Source: Diplonema japonicum
Lineage: Eukaryota > Protista > Euglenozoa: Diplonemea
Direction of reading: 5' to 3'
DNA: 64,000 nt
NCBI GenBank assembly: GCA_964019335.1
Contig: OZ025724.1
Span: forward strand, 397,001-461,000
Part shown: piece after piece, positions 33,701 through 43,517 of the stretch
Numbering within the stretch: the stretch's first letter is position 1
How the letters are laid out: the number at the start of each line of letters is the position of its first letter
Position numbers and translations under genes: made by a program
Notes under the pieces: model-generated
The model's database searches: none
Seen by the model: only the letters and a program-made list of their open reading frames with translations
What the model was told of the DNA's origin: nothing

Positions 33701-36700
33701 GACCCTCGTGCAGCGACACATAGTCCTCCTCGATAGTGCAAAACTCCTTTTGCAGATCACAGAGCAGTGAATAGATATCTGCAGCCCACATCGGGATGAA
33801 CGGCCAATGCATGTGCTGCGATGCTTTGTCTGGTCTACTGATATCAAGCAGGATTGTCATGTTGTAGTGATTCGGGATCTTGTCTGCGACTAAGCGGTGG
33901 ATGATCTCTGCTATGGTCCATGTGCCGTACTTCGGGTGGTGGGGGAAGACGATCTCCTCAGAGGATATCCCGTCTAGATCAATAGCCAGCCGTGACATGA
34001 GTGATACAGCCTCATTCGTGTACCCAACGACGCTTCGGGTAAGCGCCTCCGTCATCCTGGTGTGCACTTCAGTGCTTGTGAAGCACCTGCTGTATGATGA
34101 CTGCATGCCTTGGAACCTGAAGTGCGTTGTCCATGCTGGTTTGTTCTTCTTCAAATCGATGGTCTTCAGCCCGTGCAGGATAGAGACAGCCCCTGTGTCC
34201 TTCGCACCCATCTTCGTCACTTTCGCCTTTGTGCCTTGCTTCGCCTTCTGCTCGTTGTATGATGCTAGCTGCGATTCTTCAAACAGCTTTCCGCTGAATG
34301 TGAACACTGGGCAGTCCTCAGGGAGGGTCTTCATCTTGTACAGATTTCCCAAGCGTGTGTCCTGCCTGCCGTACTTCGCAAAGAGGTACCGTACCCTCTC
34401 ATGCAGTGTTGCCAGACCCATGTCCAGGTACATCCCGCCAAGGAGGGACTCCAAGAGGTCACCATGCACCTTTTCGTTGCGTTCAGCGAGAGGAGTGACA
34501 CCGAGCACAAGAGAAGACCTGTTCTCGAAGAGCTTCTTTGCGATGGGCAGCAGGCCTGCGTCTTTGTACTCGTCACCGTGGCCGTTGGTAACTGTCGTTG
34601 TGAAGTACGTGATGTGTGTTGTCCATTCCAGAGGGTTGTCATGTTTATCAATAGTGTGACAGTCACACGCCACACAAAGGTCCAGGGCAGCGTCACCGAC
34701 AAATTCCTGGCGGTTGAACTTCACTGTGTTAGGCCGCAGAGCATCGGTGACATGGCTAGTGTTTGTGTACTGTGAGTGAGTGCCTTCTAGTAAATGAGGT
34801 ACAAGATCACTAGGCCACTGCTGCCTCTTAAGAAAGAGCATTACGTTCTTGTCTTCTAAATCTTTTACAGTAAACTCGTATTGCTTTTCCTTAGTTACCG
34901 CTTCAATGGCTTCGCGTACCCCGTCCCATGCCACGCGACTGAGTTCATAGTGCGGCATTGTCTCACCGGCTTCGTACCTCCGCATGTCATCGTCAATCAG
35001 CTGTACCAACATGTTGAGCTCACACCTCTCCATCGCCTTGGCACTACTAGGCCCCTGCTCACACTTAGTCACGTATTTTTTATGATTCTCTTTGAGCATC
35101 TCTGGATCGATGTTTATCGCTTTTTCGCCGTCGTCCCTATGCCAATATCTCATGGTTGGGAGGTAAACTTCTCTCTTGGTCGACTGTACTTCTTGAATGT
35201 GAGTGTTATCTTCGAACCGCACCAGCACGATGGGATCGGTCCTGTTATGCACTTTGCATTTGCGAAGCACCCATCCCTCCCGGAGTAGGTCCCTGACATC
35301 TAAATACACGTGGTAGTCGAGCTTGCCATAGATCGTCTCCGACTCCCAATAGTCCTCCATTGCGTCGACAGTACAACGCGTGGCGAGAACTACCTTGCAG
35401 TAGGGGGCACACTTGATCCCTACTTTTTGGTTCTTATTTGCGGCAGTGATCCTCTCGATGTTTGTGACCGAATGGTAGAGCACGTCCTCGAGACCATGCT
35501 GCTTCATGTACTGCTCCAGGACTTCCTCATCCGTATTGTCGAACTCCAGCTTCTCGTAAACCTTGTCACTCTCCTCGAGGTTAACTCTGCTGTCGCTAGA
35601 GTGGTGGTATAGTGCCCTGCCCTTCCCTTCTTTGAAGTCCAGTCGTCCCAACACATCGTGCATAGACATGAATTCGGCAAGCGCCTCCTCCGAGGCAGCC
35701 GGCTCACCACCCTCTTTGAGCTGTGCTACGATTAAATCCAAGGGCACCCACCCATTGGTTTCAAAGTCGACTTTGTTTTCTTCCGATAGATCAAATTTGT
35801 CAACAATTCCCTTCTCTCCCCGAAAGATCACTTTTACATGCTTCCAGACATTTTTTGGATTTAGTGGAAACTCGCCGCGTTCCTCCTGAGGAAGGCCATT
35901 CTCACTTTTAATCCTCTTCTCCCTGGGGATCACTATGTCGGAATCTGCAGTTACTTGAGCATCTTGTTTTGCAATTTTCATCTCACGATCTAGGTACATT
36001 GTGATGGCCATTTCTTCGGCGTAAGAAGGATCGTCGCTTTTGTGGGGACACTCATAGACCACTTTGTTGTTAGCGAATATACTTGCTTGGCCGTCTTTGT
36101 ATTTGCACTCCAGCTCCTGAAAGTAGTGCTTAAAGATGACATGGTGAACTCTTTTTGTCAAGATCCTTTTCGCAGAAACCTTACTATCTTGCAACCCAAC
36201 ACGTATCAGTATATTCTTCTGCTTCTTGATGCTCAGAGTGATCTCGCAACTGGTTTTCCCGTCCTTCTCTACGTACTTGTCACCGTTGTTTACCACACAG
36301 TAATGCTTCACTAGCTGTGTCCCATACAAGTTGCCTAGCGACTGCTCGCTGTGGCACGACAAGTAGCGCTTGTGGAGGACGCAAGCGCAGGCTTGTAGAT
36401 CGGTATGGCCCAAGCAGCTAAGGAGGACATAGCCAGTGGACACACAAATCTTTCTTGTCGTGGAAGAAGCTAAAGGGGACATGTTCCAATCCCTCGTGAA
36501 AAGGCTGTCGCAGTTCCTGTTAGCCATCAGCTCCATGTGATATTCTGCAAGTTTCCCAACTTTACTCGGAAAGCTGTCGTGCAACCATACCGCGCAGATA
36601 AGCTTCATGAACCTTATCCCGCACCTCTCGTGGCTCTTGAAACATTCCTCTGACTGTGCCGCTTCTATAAATTGCTGCGCCGCCTCCTCCGCCACACCTG

Positions 36701-36770
36701 GTGGTATGTCATCTTGTGTCAGGAAGTCCACCACATTCACCTTCTCCACTTGCCTCGGGGGCTCTGCCAT
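30762..36770 (-). CDS. 2002-aa multidomain protein: Tpt1/KptA-like + RNase III + AEP (PrimPol-like) primase-polymerase + low-complexity tail
   Basis: Tpt1-like 'NGWVPLD..GRLDF..RALYHHS..LYHSVT..VYLDV' (about 35200-35850); RNase III 'RQEFVGDAAL..GDLLESLLGG' (about 34370-34820); AEP 'AIDLD', 'KASQHMH', 'YIDAGMF..RKLRM' (about 33400-34000). Confidence 0.8.
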   Translation of the reverse strand: MAEPPRQVEKVNVVDFLTQDDIPPGVAEEAAQQFIEAAQSEECFKSHERCGIRFMKLICAVWLHDSFPSKVGKLAEYHMELMANRNCDSLFTRDWNMSPLASSTTRKICVSTGYVLLSCLGHTDLQACACVLHKRYLSCHSEQSLGNLYGTQLVKHYCVVNNGDKYVEKDGKTSCEITLSIKKQKNILIRVGLQDSKVSAKRILTKRVHHVIFKHYFQELECKYKDGQASIFANNKVVYECPHKSDDPSYAEEMAITMYLDREMKIAKQDAQVTADSDIVIPREKRIKSENGLPQEERGEFPLNPKNVWKHVKVIFRGEKGIVDKFDLSEENKVDFETNGWVPLDLIVAQLKEGGEPAASEEALAEFMSMHDVLGRLDFKEGKGRALYHHSSDSRVNLEESDKVYEKLEFDNTDEEVLEQYMKQHGLEDVLYHSVTNIERITAANKNQKVGIKCAPYCKVVLATRCTVDAMEDYWESETIYGKLDYHVYLDVRDLLREGWVLRKCKVHNRTDPIVLVRFEDNTHIQEVQSTKREVYLPTMRYWHRDDGEKAINIDPEMLKENHKKYVTKCEQGPSSAKAMERCELNMLVQLIDDDMRRYEAGETMPHYELSRVAWDGVREAIEAVTKEKQYEFTVKDLEDKNVMLFLKRQQWPSDLVPHLLEGTHSQYTNTSHVTDALRPNTVKFNRQEFVGDAALDLCVACDCHTIDKHDNPLEWTTHITYFTTTVTNGHGDEYKDAGLLPIAKKLFENRSSLVLGVTPLAERNEKVHGDLLESLLGGMYLDMGLATLHERVRYLFAKYGRQDTRLGNLYKMKTLPEDCPVFTFSGKLFEESQLASYNEQKAKQGTKAKVTKMGAKDTGAVSILHGLKTIDLKKNKPAWTTHFRFQGMQSSYSRCFTSTEVHTRMTEALTRSVVGYTNEAVSLMSRLAIDLDGISSEEIVFPHHPKYGTWTIAEIIHRLVADKIPNHYNMTILLDISRPDKASQHMHWPFIPMWAADIYSLLCDLQKEFCTIEEDYVSLHEGPKYKLSVLENMRCEGCAQKEPKTAEYYEPNIRIFKCEECIKLKSYAKKAFKAIKECQLEEAFKAHLEKKWADYIDAGMFVSRKLRMYLSDKFDEDVDPPRPKGYPVHQKKIYLHTKPGSPDVKPELLYNFDDEKPVHHTNGVPVPHMDMLRLASLRHPTYMMSYHHKCTSGDGFWHPATLPENVEVQKEDTFEGPNIDALYSSAITLGDVKRITVSFADYEKKQNEWTEPYSVYAGDTFNKMFEVTIGSDRKELWQHGEMLLYVERHSRVEQKFKIEVVKMLEPEAAKQYCSYYTSEDTCDQAVQAVLDMWGESCGDRERARIVEEQPSPTRVDTKIVTGGVEQSGTKKKKKGKKVLDIFEPDNEAENLQESAGPSPASKREETILDTKIVTGGVEQSGTKKKKKGKKVLDFFEPDNTAENLQKSAGLSPSKREETIPEAAESVHTTVTMAAEPNVSATEALPSAAVNASNSKLREVTRSQLRSMDYVFDSPTEPLAPPTPLSSTAAPAAPFPYVNALATPSPNTLAPSTVAPTTPATQSPDTLAPSTVAPTQPLTSALVRMQTTATPPTSAVSDTLTRTAIPTSVPTMSQTTAAVAPSSTSTSSVVPQHVPPVSNGQTLPVQAARSPVPDLLSNTASMDPSVPLSAGSASNLTPMATTAQSSAGGLTRETLPVATAQYQVTDVEHTPVMRKIKKVRAPPDVHPQLNPPHVNVRATGTSPQTQVDASHFPSIAHQVNPHLGNWQSVEHGQPTIDSQVSDTRAAIELLMKRDKQWEDIVKQLTHRVELLEQHIPTVYPQSYTHYQEAIPLNQSQNYTQQEVYPAEYTPQHQDPTSPSVPQHVSPVSGQPLPVDQPQSYTQQGVYPQSYTHYQEAIPLNQSQNYTQQEVYPAEYTPQHQDPTSPSVPQHMSPVSGQPLPVDQPQSYTQQGVYPVGYMPQYQPGFSQPPEVSQPAQNHGLQPNTECGYPPFQNTNYLVEGPG
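30910..31320 (-). repeat. 201-bp coding tandem duplication (Q/P/Y-rich)
   Basis: Two near-identical 67-aa units 'VYPQSYTHYQEAIPLNQ...'. Confidence 0.85.
32390..32703 (-). repeat. 159-bp coding tandem duplication containing a basic NLS-like motif
   Basis: Two copies of 'DTKIVTGGVEQSGTKKKKKGKKVLD'. Confidence 0.85.
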
Positions 36771-36877
36771 GCCCAGACCTGTCTGTGCAAGGTAACACGC
36801 TGTAATAGCCTTTGCATATTTGAAATATAAGCACGCCAGAAGGCTGTGTAGATAAAAATAAAAAGGAGTAGTTGAAT

Positions 36878-36914
<37 letters not shown>

Positions 36915-36950
36915 GCTGTGTACAGAGTAGGGAAGAGGGTTGTGCCGTTT

Positions 36951-39737
36951 CTACAGCTCTCCGCAGAGGATCCAGAAGTCAGGGTTATCACCTGGGCCCA
37001 TCTCTTTAATCCAATCGCTAGAGGCTGTCTGTAGGGTGTTGCGATTGGTGCAGAACATCTCTGCGAGCTTAACAAGGATATCGTGCAGGATTGCAGGCGT
37101 GAGTGAAGTGTTGCTTGCCAGGCGCTCGTACTCTGCTTGGATGGTTGGAGACACGAACTGCGGTTTATCTGTCACGATATTGGTATCATCCGCATCATCG
37201 TCGATCACCTCCAGCACATCTGCTTGCCTCGCTGAGTTGCCTCCTTCCCAGCGGCATGTGCTCGAGCACCCGTCATTGTTGTTCCTGTTACCATCGTCGC
37301 ACTGCTCAGCAGGGTCGGTCGTACCGTCCCCGCAGCATGTCTTCTTGCTCAAGTATCCTGCCACCAGCCATTCCCAGTCGGGGGGGCTGTTCCCTTCCAC
37401 TTGCAGTGCTAAGTTGTCCACCCCATATGTGTACGAGTGCCCATCGGGGAGGTCGGTAATATCCCACATGTCTCGAATGGTTACACGCGTCCCGAACAAG
37501 TTCCACAACTTGCCTCCGTTAGAGTTATACACGAAGGGCATTTCAGAATCAAGCTGCACTCTGGACAAAGGGATGATCCCCGACGAGGCACCGTTGACAG
37601 CAGGGTAGTAGTGCTTCTGCGCGAGGTTTGACTTGTCAACCTTATCATATTCGTGGTAGTCTTGCCACAAGGCGTACAGCCTATCGATATTGGCATGATG
37701 CACGAAGAAGAGTGGGTCGTCTGGCGACCTGCGTGTCGCCATTTGGCCCCCAATAAAGTTGTGGGGTGCTGCATGTGGGCCAGCTTCAAGGCGTGGGCGG
37801 AAGTCTTTGTACTTGTGGTGTGCAGTGATAACTGTCCCGACCTCTGCTTCGCTTGCGAAGGCGTAGGTGTTAACGTTGCCATTCGACCTCTTCAAACACG
37901 TCCCCTCTGAAGTGGCCCAGCTGGCGGCGATGCCCGAGTTGACGCACTGCAGTGTCGACGTCATGTGGTGCTCAAAGTCGCCGAAAGTCTTGTGCCTCAG
38001 CGGCGTGGACTTGCGCTCATCATCTGCATCGCGCTCCCAGTCCCAGTATGGTACAGTGATACACTCGTAGCCAGTGATACTCCTCAAGAGATTCTCGTAC
38101 TGCAGCAGATACCACCTGTGCCAAGGAAGGAATGCAGACGTGCTGTGCGCATATTTCATCATGTAGCTGTGCGTGTCGACCAACTTGTTGTAGTCCCACG
38201 GCTTCTGTCTCTTCAGTTCGTCGACTGCATTGACGTAACGCATCCTCTCGCTGCACAGAAGGGTGCTGTAGGATTTCCTCACTCTCGGAGGGCAAGTGTT
38301 GGGCAATGGAGGGGGTGGCGGCGGAGGGGGCTCAATAGGTACACCTCCAGTGTGGTACTTCACCACCAGCTTAGCTCCCACGCCATCTCCGTCGATTGAC
38401 TCAGCCACTCTCCTACGATTCCCTACCACATTCCTTATAACCACAGACACGGCATTGCCAGCTGACCACCCCTGCTTGTCAATGACTGCTTGGAGTTCCG
38501 CTGCCATGTCAGGCGACTCGAAAGTAGTGCCCACTGACCAAACTGTGCTAGTTTTCCATGGCACACCAGCCCCCAACGACCTGCCCGAGGGACGCCTCGA
38601 AGACGACCAACTTCGTGAATTTGTTGAGTCATCGAACGCCAGCTCTAAGTGGATTGCACCTGTTTTTCTCTCGTCGCACTTGAAGACTACTTTCGCTTCT
38701 ACAACAGTAGCGCCTTTGGGTACGTTCACACGCCTCCAGCGGATGCCCACCTTCTGCGCTGTGCCTTTCTCGGTGGCCAGCTCAAGGTCGGAGCTGTCGT
38801 AGATCATGCCGTTGGGCTTCTCCTCAACATCGTCGTTGCAGTTGGCGATGTACGACGTACAGGTGACTACGTCAACCTTTGTAGGCACAGGGGTGGGCTG
38901 TGGAGTAGGCTGCGGAGTGGGAAGCGGTGTCGGTAAAGGCGTGGGTGCTGGTGTCGGAGGTGGAGTGGGCCGTGGGGTAGGGTTTGGTGTAGGTCCAGGT
39001 GTAGGTGCCGGTGTTGGGGGTTTAGTAGGCTGTGGGGTGGGAGGTGTCGGTGTTGGGCTGGGGGTGTACTCAAGCTCGTGATCTGCGCACTCGCGACAGA
39101 TCTCAGGCGGTGGGTGCGCTTGAAAGCGACGCGGGCACCAGTTGTCCTTACATTCCACATTACCGTTGTCCCACAAGCACAAGGGAAGCCTGCCGCACTC
39201 CTGAGGATCAACTGCAGAGCTACATAGCACAGACCTCGCGGAGCCTGCCATACCAAGGAACCTGGCAGCACTTGTAGTGGTAATAGAAGTGGATTCTCCG
39301 GGGGATAGCTGCTTGCGGAAAATGCTCATCTTGTGTCCCTTTGCGACAAGCCTGAAAGATGGTGCACACGCACTTCCGATCCACCCTTCCGCTAGCAGTG
39401 CTGCAGGCAGCCCCCCTATCTGATCACAAGGCGGGCAGTGATATAGGAAAACATAGATCTCGCAAACGTATCCACCACTCAGCCCAGCGGGACAGGTGAA
39501 CGTAATGGTGGTGTCAGCGTTGAGGGGTCCCTGTAGTACCCAGCCCTTCATGTCAGGCTCCTTTAAGTTGCTTGGGATGCTGTAAAATCTCGAGTCTGGG
39601 AGATCACCCCATGCATTCATGTTCTCGGTCATGGTCACTTCTTGCGGTACCCAACCAGGGTTGGGAGCGATCGTTATATCTGGGTACTCGAGAGCATGTA
39701 CCGCACAAAAAGCTAATCCTAGTAGTAGAAACCGCAT
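36951..39737 (-). CDS. Secreted multidomain tyrosinase (type-3 copper)
   Basis: Signal peptide; CuA 'H....AH..SAFLPWHR', CuB 'PHAAPHNFIGG..SPDDPLFFVHHANID'; Pro/Thr linkers; 'CGDG..EQCDDGN..GCSSTC' Cys repeat. Confidence 0.9.
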   Translation of the reverse strand: MRFLLLGLAFCAVHALEYPDITIAPNPGWVPQEVTMTENMNAWGDLPDSRFYSIPSNLKEPDMKGWVLQGPLNADTTITFTCPAGLSGGYVCEIYVFLYHCPPCDQIGGLPAALLAEGWIGSACAPSFRLVAKGHKMSIFRKQLSPGESTSITTTSAARFLGMAGSARSVLCSSAVDPQECGRLPLCLWDNGNVECKDNWCPRRFQAHPPPEICRECADHELEYTPSPTPTPPTPQPTKPPTPAPTPGPTPNPTPRPTPPPTPAPTPLPTPLPTPQPTPQPTPVPTKVDVVTCTSYIANCNDDVEEKPNGMIYDSSDLELATEKGTAQKVGIRWRRVNVPKGATVVEAKVVFKCDERKTGAIHLELAFDDSTNSRSWSSSRRPSGRSLGAGVPWKTSTVWSVGTTFESPDMAAELQAVIDKQGWSAGNAVSVVIRNVVGNRRRVAESIDGDGVGAKLVVKYHTGGVPIEPPPPPPPPLPNTCPPRVRKSYSTLLCSERMRYVNAVDELKRQKPWDYNKLVDTHSYMMKYAHSTSAFLPWHRWYLLQYENLLRSITGYECITVPYWDWERDADDERKSTPLRHKTFGDFEHHMTSTLQCVNSGIAASWATSEGTCLKRSNGNVNTYAFASEAEVGTVITAHHKYKDFRPRLEAGPHAAPHNFIGGQMATRRSPDDPLFFVHHANIDRLYALWQDYHEYDKVDKSNLAQKHYYPAVNGASSGIIPLSRVQLDSEMPFVYNSNGGKLWNLFGTRVTIRDMWDITDLPDGHSYTYGVDNLALQVEGNSPPDWEWLVAGYLSKKTCCGDGTTDPAEQCDDGNRNNNDGCSSTCRWEGGNSARQADVLEVIDDDADDTNIVTDKPQFVSPTIQAEYERLASNTSLTPAILHDILVKLAEMFCTNRNTLQTASSDWIKEMGPGDNPDFWILCGEL

Positions 39738-39816
39738 TGTTGTTTAGTAAAACCTATATGAAAGTTGGGTGGATAATACAAGGTTGTGTAGAGTCAGGTA
39801 CAAAGGGAGACCAGCT

Positions 39817-40110
39817 CTATGCTACATGGAGCTTTTCTCGACTCTTTTCCAGCTGACGTACGAACTTTCCTTTCCACTCAAAATCTTTCGGCTCTGGTGT
39901 CAACGCGCCGATCACTTCGCGCATCCCACGCACAATCACACACATAGCCAGCATTCCCACTTCTTTCCACACCATTCCGACCTTCGAGAGATACAATACT
40001 AAGACAGCTAACACGGTGTATACAGCCCACCTTATAAAGAAGCCTTTTCTCTCATGTGGCTCTGGTGGCTTTGGTTTGGGTGACACCTTCTTCGCAATGG
40101 ACATTATCAT
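39817..40110 (-). CDS. Small two-TM hypothetical protein
   Basis: ATG 40110 just downstream of a TAG acceptor; two hydrophobic segments; co-directional with the cluster. Confidence 0.5.
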   Translation of the reverse strand: MIMSIAKKVSPKPKPPEPHERKGFFIRWAVYTVLAVLVLYLSKVGMVWKEVGMLAMCVIVRGMREVIGALTPEPKDFEWKGKFVRQLEKSREKLHVA

Positions 40111-40454
40111 ACTGAACACCTAATGTGATAGGTACAGGAGAGAGGAAGAAAAGGGGGGCTAAGATTGGTAAAAGAAAAAGAAAAAATAGATTCATTTGTT
40201 TGCCGCGTTTGTAGTTTCCCAAGATTTATATATTTACTGCCAACAAGTAAAGACCTCACCATCCTCAGGTTCCACATTTACCATCTCGGGCCTTGCCCAC
40301 GAGGCGTGATCTCGAGTTCTTCATTCATCTTTTGGGTTCGGGTTTGCAGGCTCCTGAAAAGCAAACAAGAAAATAAATCAAGCCACTTAACTGGGGGCCT
40401 CACTGCTCTTAAGAACACACACCACAAGTAACTAATGGCACAGAAATGAGACTA

Positions 40455-40644
40455 GTCACGTATCTCTCTAGACTGGGTTCTGGCTTAGAGGCGTTCAGCC
40501 ATAATCCATCCAGTGGTAGCATCACGGCACTGTCCGATCGGACAACCGTAGATACCAGGGACCAGAAATGGGAGTTCCTCTCATACTACCCCATATTGCT
40601 GTTGAGATACGCTGGCCTGATAGGCTCTCTTTCCATCAGTAGGG
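40455..40644 (-). rRNA. Isolated fragment (pseudogene) of LSU/28S rRNA 3' domain including the sarcin-ricin loop
   Basis: Minus strand has CCCTACTGATG, GGGGTAGTATGAGAGGAACTCCCAT (SRL with C>T) and GGATTATGGCTGAACGCCTCTAAGCCAGAA; no other rDNA flanks it. Confidence 0.85.
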
Positions 40645-40970
40645 GAGGTGTACTAGAAATTTAGAAGCTATCAGACTAGAACAATCGCCTTGGGGTACCT
40701 CTGCTCAACCCAGCAGACGTGGAGGCAGTTGCTTCATAAGTGTCGGCGAATGCTATATTTTATACACATAGCAAACGATATCGAAAGAAGAAGTAGAAGA
40801 AATACCAAGAAATTTAGAAGTCTATTTTACTACAACACAGTGGTCTAAACAGGCTTTAGACATATCTTTTTTCAGAGAACAGTGATATCCCTCAGAAGTT
40901 CGAAGCGTTACGCCCGCCGGTCCATTCGGACTCGTATAGACCCGGTTGGGGATACTGGATCTGGATGTGG

Positions 40971-42323
40971 TTACCTTTCCTTCCTTTCCAAAAGCTGCAC
41001 GATGCAAGGGTAGCCCCCTAACAAGGCTTCATCTTTTGCCATCTCCCTCGCAGCAGGTGTGGTGCCACTATCTAGAATCAGCTTCACAGAAGCCCTGTCG
41101 CCCCTGCCTGCAGCCTGAGCCAGTGCTGTTACCCCTCTTCTGTTGACGATTGTTGAGTTGGCTTTGTACTCAAGTAGCAACCGTGTAACTGCATCGTTTT
41201 TGGCAAGGTGGAGGGCTGTGTTGTTGCTCCTAGCACACTTCACGTTGGTGTCAGCCCTGTTTTCTAACAGGATCTGTAAGATGCTCACGAAGCCTTTCTC
41301 GGCAGCACACACCAGGGCAGGGTTCTCGTCGCTGCTCCAAGTACCTAAGTCAGGGTCCGCTCCTTGTTCTAAAAGTAGACACACAGCAGCCTCTTTGCAG
41401 TTATTAACAGCACCCTGCAGTGGTGTGCCTGTGTCGCTTATAGCGTTAGGGTCCGCCTTCTTATTAAGCAACATATGCATGACACTCAGGTATCCTTGTG
41501 AGGATGCAGCGTGCAGGGCAGTACATCTCGTGCGATCTTCCAGGTTCGGGTTTGCATTATGTTTCAGAAGCAGCCGAACAACCTTTGTGTGTCCCCGTTG
41601 GGCCGCTAGGTGAAGTGCCGACTCGTCTGCTTCATTTGTGATGTCAGGATTACTGTTGTTCAGTAGCAGCATGTCGACGATGCAGGTGTGGCCCTCACGT
41701 GCTGCATGGTGGAGTGCTGTCTCGCCGTCTTCAGTGCTTCTCAAGTCGCTTTTGGCACCGTTTTCAAGCAGTAACTTCACAACACCGCTGTGGCCTTCGT
41801 AGGCAGCATTGCATAGTGGTGTGGCCCCGTTGTGCATTGTGTTGACAATATCCCGCTGCAATCCCAGCAAGAAGGCAGCACAGTCGTAGAGGCCATGCAA
41901 TGCAGAGACTGCTAACAGCCCCTGGAGACAATCATTGGTGTACCGGTTGCACTTCACCATGTACTCAACTAGCTGTCTGTACTTTTCATCTTGCTTCCTA
42001 ACGTGTTCTTGCAACAAGGGTGCACTGCTTTCTAAATCTCGAAGGAGATGAATGGCCTCCTTGTTACCATATCCCAAGGTGTCGAGATCTATCGCTGCCT
42101 GCTCTTTAGGAGACAAAACAACCTGCACCTGCTCATCACCAACAAAGTACTCGTCTAGCAGTCTGTCCCCTTCTAACTCTTCGTCGCAGTGCACTAGAAT
42201 AAAAGCATCAGGATGGAACCCCCTTAGGTGTGACACCTTCACCTTCAGCTCATTGACAGTGCTGTTCTCTGTGTCAATAGTTTCGATGCCCCCAGGGTAC
42301 TTGATGTGAAGAACTACAGACAT
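40971..42323 (-). CDS. Ubiquitin-like domain + ankyrin repeat protein
   Basis: N-terminal Ubl ('TVNELKVKV..L..CDEELEGDRLLDEY'); about 8 ankyrin repeats (TPL/TALH.AA..GH). Confidence 0.9.
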   Translation of the reverse strand: MSVVLHIKYPGGIETIDTENSTVNELKVKVSHLRGFHPDAFILVHCDEELEGDRLLDEYFVGDEQVQVVLSPKEQAAIDLDTLGYGNKEAIHLLRDLESSAPLLQEHVRKQDEKYRQLVEYMVKCNRYTNDCLQGLLAVSALHGLYDCAAFLLGLQRDIVNTMHNGATPLCNAAYEGHSGVVKLLLENGAKSDLRSTEDGETALHHAAREGHTCIVDMLLLNNSNPDITNEADESALHLAAQRGHTKVVRLLLKHNANPNLEDRTRCTALHAASSQGYLSVMHMLLNKKADPNAISDTGTPLQGAVNNCKEAAVCLLLEQGADPDLGTWSSDENPALVCAAEKGFVSILQILLENRADTNVKCARSNNTALHLAKNDAVTRLLLEYKANSTIVNRRGVTALAQAAGRGDRASVKLILDSGTTPAAREMAKDEALLGGYPCIVQLLERKER

Positions 42324-43335
42324 GTTTACTGTGATGGAGGTGAGTAGACAAAAATGAACAGATTTATAATAAAATTTTTAAAACTAAATTTAACCAGAAG
42401 AAGGAAACGCTTTTCCATAAGAGTACCTATAGCTTCAGAAGGTGCCTGTGGGTCAAGGGGTGCAACTGCCAAACATATTTTCTCCTGTGTATTTTTGGCA
42501 TTGCAGATATGCTAAAACAATACAATATAAAAAAGGGTACTCGTGAACAGGGGATTTCGGACAGATCACTGTATGGTAAGTAACACTGCCAGAAAAAACC
42601 ACAAATAGGATCAATGAATATAAGAGTATAAAAGTATGAATAAAACATTGAAAAAAGCGAAAAGTAAAAAAGCAGAGAGGGATGAAAGAAAAAGCTTTCT
42701 GGTCCTCCTTGACCCTTTCTCACGCCTGTTCTTTGCACGTCCCAGGTGGTACTCCCTGAGTAATTGAGAATTACTTTAGGAATTTTGAAAAGTATGGAAA
42801 CGGAAATGGGAACGTTTCCACGTTTCCTGCCAGCATAGCCCTAGGCATAGTGGTGAGTGAGTCGCATTCTCGCATTCTTGCACAAAAAAGATCTGAGCCG
42901 AAATTCTCGCAAAACGACTTGCATTCTCACACACTCTCACATTCTCGCACATGCTAGTGTGCACTTCTGATGTGCATGTGTCAAAAATAACCCCCCCTCG
43001 ACCTTCATACTCCTCCCAAACTAACGTGATCAGTGCATCCACATCCACCCCCATGTGTGTGATTCACCCTCCTTGATGTCCAGGTGGAGGGCTCCTCTGA
43101 GTATCTGACCAGCCCAGAAATGTTTGGCACTGGTGGCATCTGTGCTAACAGCAACAGCAGTGTTGTTATATCCTGCATTTCCTGCACATCATGTGGAACA
43201 TCAGGTATGCGAAATATGGTGTAAAATATGTCACAACACACCACATGGTGTGGTCGAAAATTTGCAGTGTTGGGGTGGTTTGTGGGCCAGACCCCTCAGA
43301 CCCCACCAGTCTGGCCAACACTGCCCATCCCTTTT

Positions 43336-43387
<52 letters not shown>

Positions 43388-43462
43388 ATTGTACTTTTCT
43401 TGCAAAGGCCTCTTTTTAATATTTTTTTCAAAGCAGGTCTCCAAACCCCCTGACATTTTTAT

Positions 43463-43516
<54 letters not shown>

Positions 43517-43517
43517 T

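Noticed and set aside
40305-40340. Second 28S rRNA-like fragment
   Set aside because: Only a weak, gapped resemblance to GACCCGAAAGATGGTGAACT
43265-43323. 59-bp mini-element with CAGTGTTGG inverted ends
   Set aside because: Only a 9-bp TIR and no TSD
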